64,000 bases of DNA, taken from the human T2T-CHM13v2.0 reference genome, Homo sapiens. The DNA is taken from assembly GCF_009914755.1 (NCBI RefSeq), contig NC_060931.1, one strand, 5' to 3'. A program made the translations under genes and the position numbers. The notes under the pieces were generated by a model. That model was not told the DNA's origin. It ran no database searches and worked only from the letters and a program-made list of their open reading frames with translations. Position 1 is the first letter of the stretch. The number at the start of each line of letters is the position of its first letter. Shown piece after piece: positions 41,100 through 53,800 of the stretch.

Positions 41100-41350
41100 A
41101 TGATGATAAAATAATAATGGCTAGTATCTTTTTAGTCATTGCTGTGTGCTAGGAGTTAAGTGCTTTGCATGCATTTTCTCATTTAACCCTAACAACTAAA
41201 TTAAGTACTTTTGAATTTTCATTTTACAGATCCTGAAACTGATTGCTTAGAGTGATTAAATAATTTGCCCAGTGGTTGGAGCCAGGGCATAAAACAGGTA
41301 CAATGAACTCCAGTATCTGTGATTTGGTCCCTATATTGCATTGTCTTTAA
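41100..41350 (-). mobile_element. MIR
   Basis: ttaagtgctttgcatgcattttctcatttaaccct...cattttacagatcctgaaactga. Confidence 0.8.
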
Positions 41351-42554
41351 CCACATTGGATGTTTTTAGCTTTTATGTCAGTTAATTTGTCAGTTTCTGC
41401 CAGCATATTTTGACTTCTTTGCTGTAGATGAAATATTTTCATGTAAAAAATTCATTTTATGTATTGATGTTTGTTTCCTAAGTAATACCCAAAACTATTG
41501 TATTTGCTTTTTTGTGTGTTTAGTATTCCTTTGTTTATTGCCAAACTTGGGCATGATTAAAATAGGAGGGCTCATATACTAGTTCCTTTTTATGGATGGA
41601 TGCCTTGATAACGATCCTTGGGGCAGTTCTCTCTCTGATGGCCCGCATTTCTCTACTGCCCCTATCTAAGCACACTGATTTGAAACTAGACTATCACATT
41701 TATATTCATGAAACTAATTGAAACACATAGGCTTTATATGTGAAGATAACCGCTACAACCTGATTATAAGGTACCGACCTGAATTCAGGCATGCATTCCG
41801 TGACTGAAATGTAGAATGCGGTAAGCTTTTATGTTTTAAATATTTGGGTAGATTCATTTTTATGAGTGGTTTTTAAATCCCTGCTCACCTTCAATAAGCA
41901 TTAGTACTTCATTCAATGGTCCAAGGGAGAGAAAACTCTGACCCATTTCAATTTTTTGCTGAGTGCCTATTGAGATCTGTTGATGACAGTGCTACTGCTA
42001 CTCTGACCAGTTAAAGTAAAATCCCATTTCCTTTAGGATTCTTAGGTCGTCAGATGAATCCATTCAGTTTTTTCTGTCATTAGTCCAATACCTGGTCTTT
42101 TTAATTTTACGGCTTCTAATAGATGTGTATTGGAATACCATTATAGTTTTAATTTAAATTTTGCTAATGGCTAATGATCCTAAACATCTTTTCATATATT
42201 TATTTGCCACCATACTTGGCGAGGCGTCTGTTCTCGTCTTTTGTGCATTTTTAATTGGATGTTTGTTTTCTTATTAAGTTTTGAGTTTTAAAATATACAT
42301 TAAATAAAAGTCCTTTGCCAAATATTTGATTTACAAATGTTTTCTCTCAGCCTGTAACTTGTTTTCCCTCCTCTTAGTGATATCTTTCACTGAGCAAAAG
42401 TATTTAATTTTTAAAAGCTTAGTTTATCTTTTATTTTCTCTTATGAACCATGCTTTTGATGCTGTGCTTAAGAACTCTTTCTCTAACTCTGTGTCTCAAA
42501 TATTTTCTCCCTTATTATTTTTTTTAGTTCAAAATATTTTCTAATTTCCCATGA

Positions 42555-42875
<321 letters not shown>

Positions 42876-43158
42876 AAGAGTGTTAAGGTCTCTAACAATG
42901 ACTGTGAATTTGTCTACCTCTCTTTTCCATCTGTCAGTTCTTGCTCCATTAGGTTTGAAGCTCCGTTGTTAGGTGCCTTCACATTTATAATTGTTAAGTC
43001 CACTTGGTGAATTAAGATTTTTTATGTTTATGTGACATTCCTTTTTATTCTTGGCAGTCTTCTCTTTTCTGAAGTAAACTATGTCTGAAATCATCTAGCC
43101 ACGTGACTTTATTAATTAGTATTTGGAATAGCTCATGGTATCTTTTTTCATCCATTTA

Positions 43159-43517
43159 TTAATTTATTTTTTTATTTCCATAGGTTATCGGGGAACAGGT
43201 GGTGTTTGGTTACATGAGTAAGTTCTTTAGTGGTGATTTGTGAGATTTTGGTGCACCCATTACCCAAGTGCTATACACTGCACCCAATATGTAGTCTTTT
43301 ATTCCTCACCCCCTTACCACCTTTTCCCTCTGAGTCTACAAAGTCCATTGTGTTATTCTTATGCCTTTGCATCATCATAGCTTAACTCATGAGTGAGAAC
43401 ATACAATTTTGGTTTTCCATTCCTGAGTTACTTCACTTAGAATACTAGTCTCCAATCTCATCCAGGTCACTACAAATGCCATTAATTCATTCTTTTTTAT
43501 GGCTGAGTACTATTCCA

Positions 43518-43563
<46 letters not shown>

Positions 43564-44494
43564 CACAGTTTCTTTATCCACTCATTGATTGATGGGCATT
43601 TGGGTTGGTTCCACGTTTTTGCAATTGTGAATTGTGTTGCTATAAACATGCATGTGCAAGTATCTTTTTCGAATAATGACTTCTATTCCTCTGCGTAGTT
43701 ACTCAGTAGCAGGATTGCTGGATCAAATGGTAGTTCTACTTCTAGTTCTTTAAGGACTCCACACCATTTTCCATAGTGGTTGTATTAGTTTACATTCCCA
43801 CCAGCAGTGTAGAAGTGTTCCCTGTTCACCACATCCATGCCAAAATCTATTATTTTTGACTTTTTGATTATGGCTGTTCTCGCAGGACTAAGGTGATATC
43901 GCATTGTGGTTTTGATTTGCATTTCCCTGATCATTAGTGATGTTGAGCATTTTTTCATATGTTTGTTGGCCATTTGTATATTTTCTTTTGAGAATTGTGT
44001 ATTCATGTCCTTAGCCCACTTTTTGATGGGACTGTTTGTTTTTTTCCTTGCTAATTTGTTTGAGTTAATTGTAGATTCTGGATATTAGTCCTTGATCAGA
44101 TGTATAGATTGTGAAGATTTTCTCCCACTCTGTAGGTTGTCTGTTTACTCTGCTGACTATTGCTTTTGCCTTGCAAAGCTCTTTAAAAATAGGCACATAG
44201 ACCAATGGAACAACAACATAAAGTGGGGAAAGCACACCTTTTTCAACAAATGTTGCTGGGATAATTGGCAAGCCACATGTAGGAGAATGAGACTGGATCC
44301 TCATCTCTCACCTTATACAAAAATCAACTCAAGATGGATCAAGGACTTAAATCTAAGACCTGAAACAATAAAAATTCTGGAAGATACCATTGGAAAAACT
44401 GTTCTAGACTTTGGCTTTGGCAAGGGCTTCATGACCAAGAACCCAAAATCAAATGTAGTAAAAACAAAGATAAATAGCTGAGACTTAATTAAAC
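43159..44494 (-). mobile_element. 5'-truncated L1PB-like element with 5' inversion (minus 43159-~44184; plus ~44185-44494)
   Basis: L1PB 3' UTR; minus ORF2 peptide [27 protein letters not shown] and plus ORF2 peptide [30 protein letters not shown]; TSD tccattta at 43151-43158 and 44496-44503. Confidence 0.92.
43519..43563. repeat. (CA)n(TA)n microsatellite within the L1 3' UTR
   Basis: Direct inspection. Confidence 0.96.
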
Positions 44495-45712
44495 GTCCAT
44501 TTACTTTTAACCTACCTATATCACTATATTTGAAATGTGTCTCTTTAAGACAACCTTTTTTCAATTCCATTCTTCAAATCTCTCCGTTTTAACAGACACA
44601 TTTAGTACATTTGCATTTAATATAATTATTATATTTAAATTTAGTTCTATCATTTTTTGTTTTCTGTTTTTCCCTCATTTCTTTTTATATTTTTGTATTT
44701 CCAATTTTCTGACTCTTTTGAGTTGAACATTTTTTAGTATTTAGTTTGACTTATCTATTGTGTTTTTTATTATATACCTTCATATATATTTTTAGTGGTT
44801 GTTCTAAAAATTACAATATACATACTTAACTTTCCACAGTCTGCTTAGAATCAATATTTTACCACATCACATGAAATGTAGAAACCTTGCCATGATAATG
44901 ATGAATTTACTCTCCTCCTTATGTTATTGTTGTCATGTAGTATATCTATATACATTGAAAACCCCATCAGGCAATGTTATATTTTTTGCTTTCACAGTCA
45001 AACATTTTTTAAAGAAGTGAAGAAGAGAAGAATAGTCTGCTATAATTAGCCCAATATTTATCATTTTTATTGTTTTTACTCCTCCCTGATGTAGTAAGCT
45101 TCCTTCTCATCATTTCCCTTCTGTCTGAAGAACTTTCTTTAGCAATTCTTTAAGCAGATCTGCCAGCAATGAATTCTTTTAGTTTTCTTTCATCATAGAA
45201 TGTCTTTATTTCACTTTCATCCCTGAAGAATATTTTTGCCGGATATAGATCTGGTATGACAGTTCTTTTCTTGCAACACTTAAAAAAATATGACACTTCC
45301 TCCTGGAACCCTTGATTTCCAATGAGAGAAAATTACAATAATTAGAAATCAATGTTCTCCTATTGGTAATGCATCATTTTTTTCTCTGGCTGTTTTCAAT
45401 ATGTTTTTTGTCTTTAGTGTTTGTTTGGCAGCTTGATTCTGATGTTTCTTGGCATGGAATTCATTGGGTTTATCCTTTTTGGGATCACACAGCTTCTTGT
45501 GTCTATAACTTTATGTCTTTGCCAAATGTGGGAAGTTTTCAGCCATTATTTCTGCAAATATTTTTTGTTACTGAATTTTTCCTGTCTTTCCTATGAATGA
45601 CACAAATGTTAGATCTTTTGTTATTGACCCACAGGTCCCTGAAGCTCTTCAATTTATTTTGTTTCAATCTTTTCTTCTCTGTCGTTCAGATTGGACAGTT
45701 TCTCTTGACCTA

Positions 45713-45789
45713 TTAGGTTGGTGCACAAGTAATTGCGGTTCACCATTATTTTAATGGGAAAAACCGCAATTATTTTTGCACCAATGTGA
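45713..45789. mobile_element. MADE1 (Hsmar1-derived MITE)
   Basis: ta|ttaggttggtgcacaagtaattgcggtt ... aaccgcaattatttttgcaccaatgtga|ta; inverted repeats with TA flanks. Confidence 0.9.
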
Positions 45790-46079
45790 TAGCTTTAAGT
45801 TAACCAGTTATTTCCTCTTGCGCTTGTGGTTTGAGGTCATCTAGTGAATTTTTAAGTTTCAATTATTATGTTTTCCAGCTCTATTTTTTTTTTCATTTTG
45901 CTCTTTCTGTCTCCTTTTCTTTGTTGAGATTTTTATTTTTCTATTTATTTTGAGAAGGCTTGCAATTGTTTTTTGGAGCATTTGTATAATTGCTGCTTTA
46001 AAACTTTCAATAGATAATTCCAATATCTGTGCCATTATGACACTGGCATCTGATGATTATCTTTTCTCATGTGAGTTGA

Positions 46080-46454
<375 letters not shown>

Positions 46455-47619
46455 TGAATATTATGAAACTATGAGTCGTCTTTATATCCTGTGGAAAATG
46501 TTGTAGGCTCAGGTAACAAGTTCCAACATACATTCTGTGGACCATAGTTCCAATGTCAGTTCAGGAGTCAAAGCGTTTGCAATATCATATCTGTCTTTTG
46601 TGTGTGCCCCCCAGTAGCCACTTGAGGATGTGGCCTATGGCCTAGATGTCAGTTCAGTTCTCAAAGGCTTTGGTATACTAGGTCAAATCAGATCTGTGTA
46701 TGTGCAGCTGCAGTGGTGAGCCCAGGAGTTAATAAGCACCTTTTTAATGTTACCCTACTGAGTTCTTCCCTCTTTGCAATCTCCCTTGTACTCTCGGTTC
46801 CCTCCTTTTGCTCCTGCAGCCAGAAAGTGAGGGTTTTACTTACCGTGTTCTGCCATATACTTCTGTAGTTGTGCCTACGTCTGGGACAAGTGGCAGGAGG
46901 ACAGAGAGAGTAAAAGCAGTGAGGGTTTGCCCCACATTCCTGGAAACACTGCTCCACTAAATGTAGAGGAAGATACTGCTCCCACAGAGTTTTTTCTCCT
47001 ACTTACTCACATTACTGTAGGCTGCTGCCACCCCCACAGGATTGCTTGGGGTCTAGGGCATAGGAGGAGAGAGAAGAGGAACAGAGAGAGAAAGAAAGAA
47101 ATTGGTGAATTTCTGCATGTTAGTGCTGGAATTTCCCTTTTCCTCTCTTTGAGCCAAAACTAGAAGGTTTCTCTGAAACTCTGTCTGCACCCTAGTATTC
47201 ATCAGCACCCTGAATTCATCATTCAGCATTAAGTTCAAGCCAGAAGATACTGGCAGAAATGAAAATTGTAAACTCATCATTGGTTTCATGGTATTATGAA
47301 TTAGGGCTTTCTTCCCAATCTACCTGCTGCTATTTACTCGTGAGAGTTCTGAAATTGCTACTTTATATATTCTGTCCAGAAAGTGGAGAGGATGAAATAG
47401 GTTTACTCCATCTTACCTGAAACAAGAAATGCTCTGGTTCTATTTTAATGCATTGGCCAGTCATGCAAGTTTATCAAACTCCTCTACCACTGTCTCTTTT
47501 TAAAGGAATAGCTCCTTAATGGTTGAGTGTAGGCTTTCAAAGATGGACTGCATGCCAAACCCTATTCTGGACTCCAGGGATTAAAAAATGAGAAACAGTC
47601 CCTGCCCTGAAGGAGCTCA

Positions 47620-47990
47620 CAGCATTCAGTTTCCCTTCCCTGTTCCTTCTGGGGAACCAACTTTCCCCCATACGGGATTTTGGCTGGGACAGAAAATTAA
47701 ATACTCTGCCTCCCTCTAGCAAGGGAGTATGCACATGAAGCAAATTAAGCCAATCAGACCCTCCTTTTTCTATATCTTGAGGCCAACAGTATAAGAATGG
47801 AAAAGAACAGTTGGAGCCAATCATTTCTTATGGTAGTGTCTGGATGCCTGGAATTGCCCAGGTTCTGGTCCTGGTTCTCTAACCTTCCATTCATTCTGTT
47901 GCCACCCAAAATACCTTCAATAAATCCCTATTTCATTTTATTTGTGAAAGTTGGTTTTTGGTTTTTGCCACAAAATATCATAACAAATGG
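47620..47990 (+). mobile_element. Old ERVL/MaLR-type solo LTR (LTR33-like) inside an L2
   Basis: CCAAT (aagccaatcaga), aataaatccc poly(A) signal and gttggtttttg end. L2 antisense flanks at 47575-47620 and 47990-48150. Confidence 0.5.
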
Positions 47991-48943
47991 TATGTGAGAG
48001 AAGACAAGTCCACACATAAATCACTGCAATCAAGTGTTCAATTAGTGCTACAGCAAATGCGGATACCAAAAGTTCTAAGAATACGAAAATAATACTGACT
48101 TGTTGGAAGAAGGTTGTGAAAGATCTTGTGGAAGAGATGACCTTTAACTAAAAAATAACATTGCCATTTCAAGGAAGGCTGTCTTATTCCTTGTGTGGTT
48201 CTTGAACGGATGGTTATAGCCCTCTTTGACAAACCATGTACGCTCATGTAGCAGCAAGAGAAAATGCTTGAGGAAGTTGAAAGACATTTGAATTTGGTGG
48301 GTCCTTAGTTAAAAACTGAGATTAAGTCTTCAGTGGTTGAAGTTCTATTTACTGCTGGCAAAAAGCAACTTCATGGTTTGAAAAAAAAAAAAGACATACA
48401 AAATACTCATACCGCATTTTAGACATCAAATAACTCTTATAAAATAGCATTTTTGATGAGTTAAGTGTAAATGAATCAGAAACATAAGGATTTAATTTCC
48501 CTTGAAATACACAGGGGCTTAAAAATTAAGAGAAAAAGTGCCTGGCAAAATGTGTTTTGTATTTTGCCAAGTCCTAAAGATTTAAGAAGCAGTTCAAGAT
48601 GTTTCACCAGACCACTGAAAACATCGCTGGGTTCTCCCATCCCTTCAAGAGCAGATCTAGATATTTTATTCCTTCTGGCTGGCTTCTCCAGTCCTAGGGG
48701 GTTGGAGAGAGGGTGGGGAGTTGTGGCACATGCTTGTTGCAGTCTGTCTTTGTTTTCTACTGCTTGCATCTTAACATGGGTCCAGATATGTGTCTCTTTT
48801 CACACCCTCACTGTCCCTACTGAACATGGTTGCTTAGAAATCAGGGATAATAGTTTATTCCCTAAAGTTACTTAGCAAAACTTTGTGGGAAAGCATACCT
48901 CCATGTCCACTAACACTGTTAGTCTATCAAAACTTCTTTTAAA

Positions 48944-49247
48944 GCCTTGCACAGTGGCTCATGCCTGTAATCCCAGCACTTTGGGAGGCCAAGGTGGGCA
49001 GATCACTTGAGGCCGGGAGTTTGAGACCAGCCTTGCCAACATGGGGAAACTCTGTCTCTACTAAAAATATAAAAATTAGCCAGGCTTGGAGGTATGCACC
49101 TGTAATCCCAGCTACTTAGGAGGCTGAGGCAGGAGGATCACTTGACCCCAGGAGGCAGAGGTTGCAGTGAGCAGAGATTGTGCCACTGCACTCCAGCCTG
49201 GATGAGGGAGTGAGACCCTGTCTCAACAATAAAGTAAAATAAATTTA
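48944..49247 (+). mobile_element. AluS SINE
   Basis: Full dimer; TSD aaacttctt(t/a)taaa. Confidence 0.95.
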
Positions 49248-50454
49248 TAAACTTCTTATAAAAAAAGGAAGTCTGCTGGTACTAAATAAGTAATTTGAAT
49301 TACGTTTCACTCCAAAATTTAATAATGAAGCCTGAGGGAAAATTAGAAATGTTCAACATAAACTGGATATTTAAAAAATTAAAACAAATTAGACTGTGCT
49401 CAAAGATATACTTTGCTATTGTATTATTTAGTAAACATTTTATCGTTCAAATTTCCAAATGTACACAAAAATAGAGAGAATGGTATAATGAACCCCTTGT
49501 GCCATGATGCAGCTTCAACCGTCATCATCATAGTGCCATAAAAAAGATTTTTTAATCTTGAGATTCATAATATGACATTTTTAAGTCAATGGGCAATAAA
49601 CAAATAAGATTGGCATCTATCATATGTGGGAAATGAATGAGATAATTAGAGTTAAATAAATCTAAGATAATGCCTATGCTAGGTAAGGTGGATACAAAAA
49701 AGATAAGTATTAGCAAAAGGAATGTGTCTGTTTAGTATGTGGCATAGATCGTAAGTGTAAAAAAAACACTCTCTTTAGTGTATTTAGTATGAACACGAAA
49801 GAGTGTGACCCTATATTTACTAAAAAAACAAAAGCATAAAAGAAAAACAAAAAAAGGCCAAAATTCCCACCCTTCAGAAACTTGATATAGTGGAGAAGGC
49901 AACAAGTAGATTGTTTTCACGGTATTAATGCCCCAAAAGAGAATTTTCAAAGACTTATTTAGAAGTACCCCAAACTCTTTCTACTAGGACTGAGTTACAC
50001 AATTCAGTTAATTATTTTCACTCTTGCTTGGAACTTAGTTGCTATCTTACCACCATGAAAAGTTCCCTAAAGGCTGTGGGAATTAGCAAGCTGTTGGGTT
50101 TGGCAAGAGAGGGTCATCTTAAGATTACATTTCTATCAGGGAAGCTGGGAGCCAGGGGCCCACCCTTGAGAGATGAAAGGCCAAGTTTATTTTGACTTTC
50201 AAGAGCTTGTCTCTCTTTGCCATAGGCATGATTAAATGAACCTAAACTCTTCCCTCTTGGATGGAATGCTTTGGCAGGTGGTGGGGTTGGGGGCATAAGA
50301 CTCCACAGTGTAGTCTGTAAGACACCAAATAGCCAATGTGACCATTGATTTTATACCACCCTACTTAACTGGGGCCTTTTGGCCAAGTAATTAATAACCT
50401 GGGTATTTGGAGAATGCATAGGCAACTTGGAATAAAAACGCGTCTCTGTGCAAA

Positions 50455-50800
50455 GGGACACCTAATAATTTGTATGTTGAAGCTCCAAACGCTGGTACTC
50501 AGAATGTGACTGTATTTAGAGACAGGATCTTTAAAGAGATAATTAAACTAAAATGAGTTCTGTAGGGAGGGACCTGATCCAGTATGACTGTCGTGCTTAT
50601 AGGAAAAGAAAATTTGGACACATATATACACAAAGAGAAGACCATGTAAAGACACAGAGAGAAGACGGCCATGCACAAGCCAAGGAGAGAGGCTTCAGAA
50701 GAAACCACCTCTCCTGATACCTTGATCTAAGACTCTTGGCCTCTAGAACTGTGAACAAATAAAGGTCTGTTGTTTAAGTCACCCAGTCTGTAGTTTGTAT
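50455..50800 (+). mobile_element. MLT1B-like solo LTR
   Basis: tcagaatgtgactgtatttagagacagg...caagccaaggagagaggcttcagaagaaacc...ctagaactgtga. Confidence 0.85.
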
Positions 50801-52533
50801 ACATACATGATTTTTAATATTGAATGTTTCTATTGAGAACGTGAGAATAACATTTGACTAGGGGTATTCGTGAAATGTATAATTTAACCAAGCAAGAAAT
50901 GCTGGTGTGCTCTAGCTTATTGGATAGAGACTAAAGAAAGTGAGCAGGGGTGACAAGCTGTGCTCCTAGACTAGCAGTTTTATCTGGTTTCATCTACTCT
51001 GATAACATTCTGGCCAAATAAACAGATATAGTCAAACCCAATTAAGTATATTCAATATTTGGATTTGAATATTTGGATTAAAAAATTAATGTATAAAAAA
51101 CCTATCAGCCTATGAGGCACTGTTGACATAAAAAATACCTTTTTGACAAACATGGCTGTTCTGCCAAAGCACTGTAGTATATTTTAAAACATGAGCCTAA
51201 AACTGTCTTATATACAGTGAAGTTGTCCTTAGAAAGCTTTCATTACAATCCTTTGCTGAAAAACAATTTTAAAATGTTTTTTAAATCTCATCTCATGTGT
51301 GTATATACTTATTCTATCTCCTTTATCAAAAATAGAAAGATTTCAATCTCATAAAACTAAGTCTAAGAAGCATATTATCGCAATGTGTGTGCCTGTGTAT
51401 ATGCAGCTGCTGTGTATGAAAAGCATTAATAATTGTTGACTGTAGGTTAAAAATAAAATAATTGATATCATTTGGATCATTTCAACCTTCCAGTGGAGTG
51501 TGTGGATGGCAAGACTTCAAGTATGAGATGAAGTTGCAAGGTCTTAAAAAAAAAGTCGTTTAGTTGGATTTCTGAAAACCACTTCTTGCTCTATGAATAC
51601 ATGGTTCCTATGATGGTCTTCCGTGAAAATGTGTAACAATATTCGAAAGGAAACATAAGGCACAGCATCATCATACAGCTTCATCATACGTTACAGCCCT
51701 CCCTCTCACTCAGTGCAGAGATTTTCCAGTTGCACACAAGAAATATTAAATGAAAATATCCTTTGCAAAATGTTAAGTGCAATATAAATATTTGATTATC
51801 GCTTTTTAAAAAATACTTTAAGTAATGCTGTGTTGGGGTACGGTAGGTGTAATTCCAAGACTCTGAGTCCCAGAATGGAGGAAGAAATTGCATATCCCCC
51901 ATAGTATTTAACAAAGGACCAATTAGAGCACTTTCTTGAGGCCTCAGAAGTGAAATTTGCTTCAGTGTCCCCTTATGCCCCCTTACTGCTACTCCGAATC
52001 AAGAAACCCACTCCCTCTCAAAAAAGACCCAGAACCTCAGAGATAATCAAAATCCAAGTTGAGAGAAAGGAGGACCTTTTATTTCCCACAATCAGTTCTG
52101 TGCTAGGAAAAGTGGATGTTGGAATTAAAGTCAGGATTCGCCCCCAGATGATCTCATCTTGCCCCAGCTGAAGGGAAAGTTTCAGGTAGGGACCAACTGG
52201 GGGTGCGCAGCAGCCTCCAGGACTCAGTGGGGTCATTGTGAGGATTCTGGGAGCTCCAAGGCTGTGTTCCCCCTGCATGTTTCTGTGTGCTATGTAAATA
52301 CATGGTGGCATCTAGAAAAAGAAGACTGCCAGCCCCATTAAATCTGTTGCATGAATAAAGATATTGGCCTTCATGCTCTACTCTCCAAAGATCAGCAGGA
52401 ATACGTTTGCTGAAACTCCAGAATCCCAGAGATATCCTTTTCTCTCCCCCATTAAAAAGGTCTAAGCTGACAGAGGAAGACCCTCCCTTGTGCGGAGTCC
52501 TTAGGCGGTCACAGCCTCCTCTTGCTTTTCCAG

Positions 52534-52606
52534 ATCTCTGGTTCTGTATGAGAAGCAGGGAGGAGGAGTATGAACCCAGAAGCAAAGTCAACACAAAATC
52601 TTCAGG
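52534..52606 (+). ncRNA. Candidate exon
   Basis: cctcctcttgcttttccag| acceptor and AGG|GTGAGT donor; purine-rich 73-nt body in unique sequence. Confidence 0.4.
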
Positions 52607-53189
52607 GTGAGTGTGAATCACAGAAAAATAAAATATTCTCTATGTGTCCAGCTCTAGGACAGTGATTTGATTAAAATTCAAAATTAGATTATTGATCCAT
52701 TGGTGAGGATTTAGAATTGAACTTTGAAGATGGATTTTTTAAAAAATGTTTTTAAATGGAATAGAGCCAAGAATAATTTGACAGCTTAAACCCTGCTGGT
52801 AATCAACCCCTAGAGTCATTAAGAAAGACAGGAGTGGGAGGTGAAACATCTGGAGAAATGTGAGCAGATAACGAATTGGGTGGGTTTTATAAAAGCTAAA
52901 TGCTATCTGTAGGAAGCAGAGTTATAAAAAAATTGTGAGGCAATAACCCTGAGGTCATACAAGGGTTAAGAGGAAACCTTGACTCCTTCCTGGGCAATTC
53001 TTCCAGGGAGAATGGCGATTGAGTATGCTATTTCTCACAGCAGCATTCACGCATGGTCAAACACAGGTAGTCAAAAGACACTATCCAAAAAGGGTCTTAT
53101 TATGTACCAGGTCAGCCTGCAGCACTGGCCTCCCCAACCCAACCGTGGCACCCTTGGCCTGGGCACTTCAGATGGTGGCCATTAGGGAG

Positions 53190-53800
53190 CCGGTCAGGAT
53201 ACAATGAAGAGAGCACAGCCTTCAAAGTCATGAAGGCTAGGGTTCAAAAATTGCTGCTGTCATTTATCAATTATAGGACCTGAAGATATTTCTCAGATAT
53301 AAAGGTATTTCTCCTCTGTGAGCCTCATTTTTCTCACTTGATGAATTTGGATAATTATGCCCACTTTGCATATTTTCCTGAGGATTAAATGACATAACAC
53401 ATCTGACAGTTTCTCGCACGTGCCAGATGATGGCTACATGTTTGTTCTCAAATCCTCTTCTCACTCTTTTCCCCCTCATTCATTCATTCAGTGCTAACTA
53501 TGTACCCTGCACAAGGCACTGAGGCAGAAAAATGAACAAGACAACTCCTATACTAAATGGGGTCATAATTGTGAAAAAGATAGACACACACTGGTAACTA
53601 TGATATAAGTAGAAGTGATAGAAATTACACAGGGTACCAGTAAGGAGCAGAGAGGGTACCAGTAAGGAGCAGAGATGAGGAGTGTGAAATTCAGCGTAGG
53701 ATGGGGGAAATCAGGAAGCCTTCCTGGAAGAGGTGGACCTGTGTTTGGTCCTACAGGACTAGTAAAAGAGGACGGTATATACAAAGGCAAAGCATAACTC
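53190..53800. mobile_element. MIR (+, 53190-53440) followed by L2 (-, 53470-53800)
   Basis: ctctgtgagcctcatttttctc...gaggattaaatgac; cattcattcattcagtgctaactatgtacc...caggaagccttcctggaagagg. Confidence 0.65.

Noticed and set aside
43785-44481. L1 ORF2-like ORFs on both strands
   Set aside because: Fragments of a truncated, inverted L1; not functional.
52154-52621. 155-aa minus-strand ORF in unique DNA
   Set aside because: Non-ATG start, no recognisable homology or domain, and within chance expectation for a 64-kb window.
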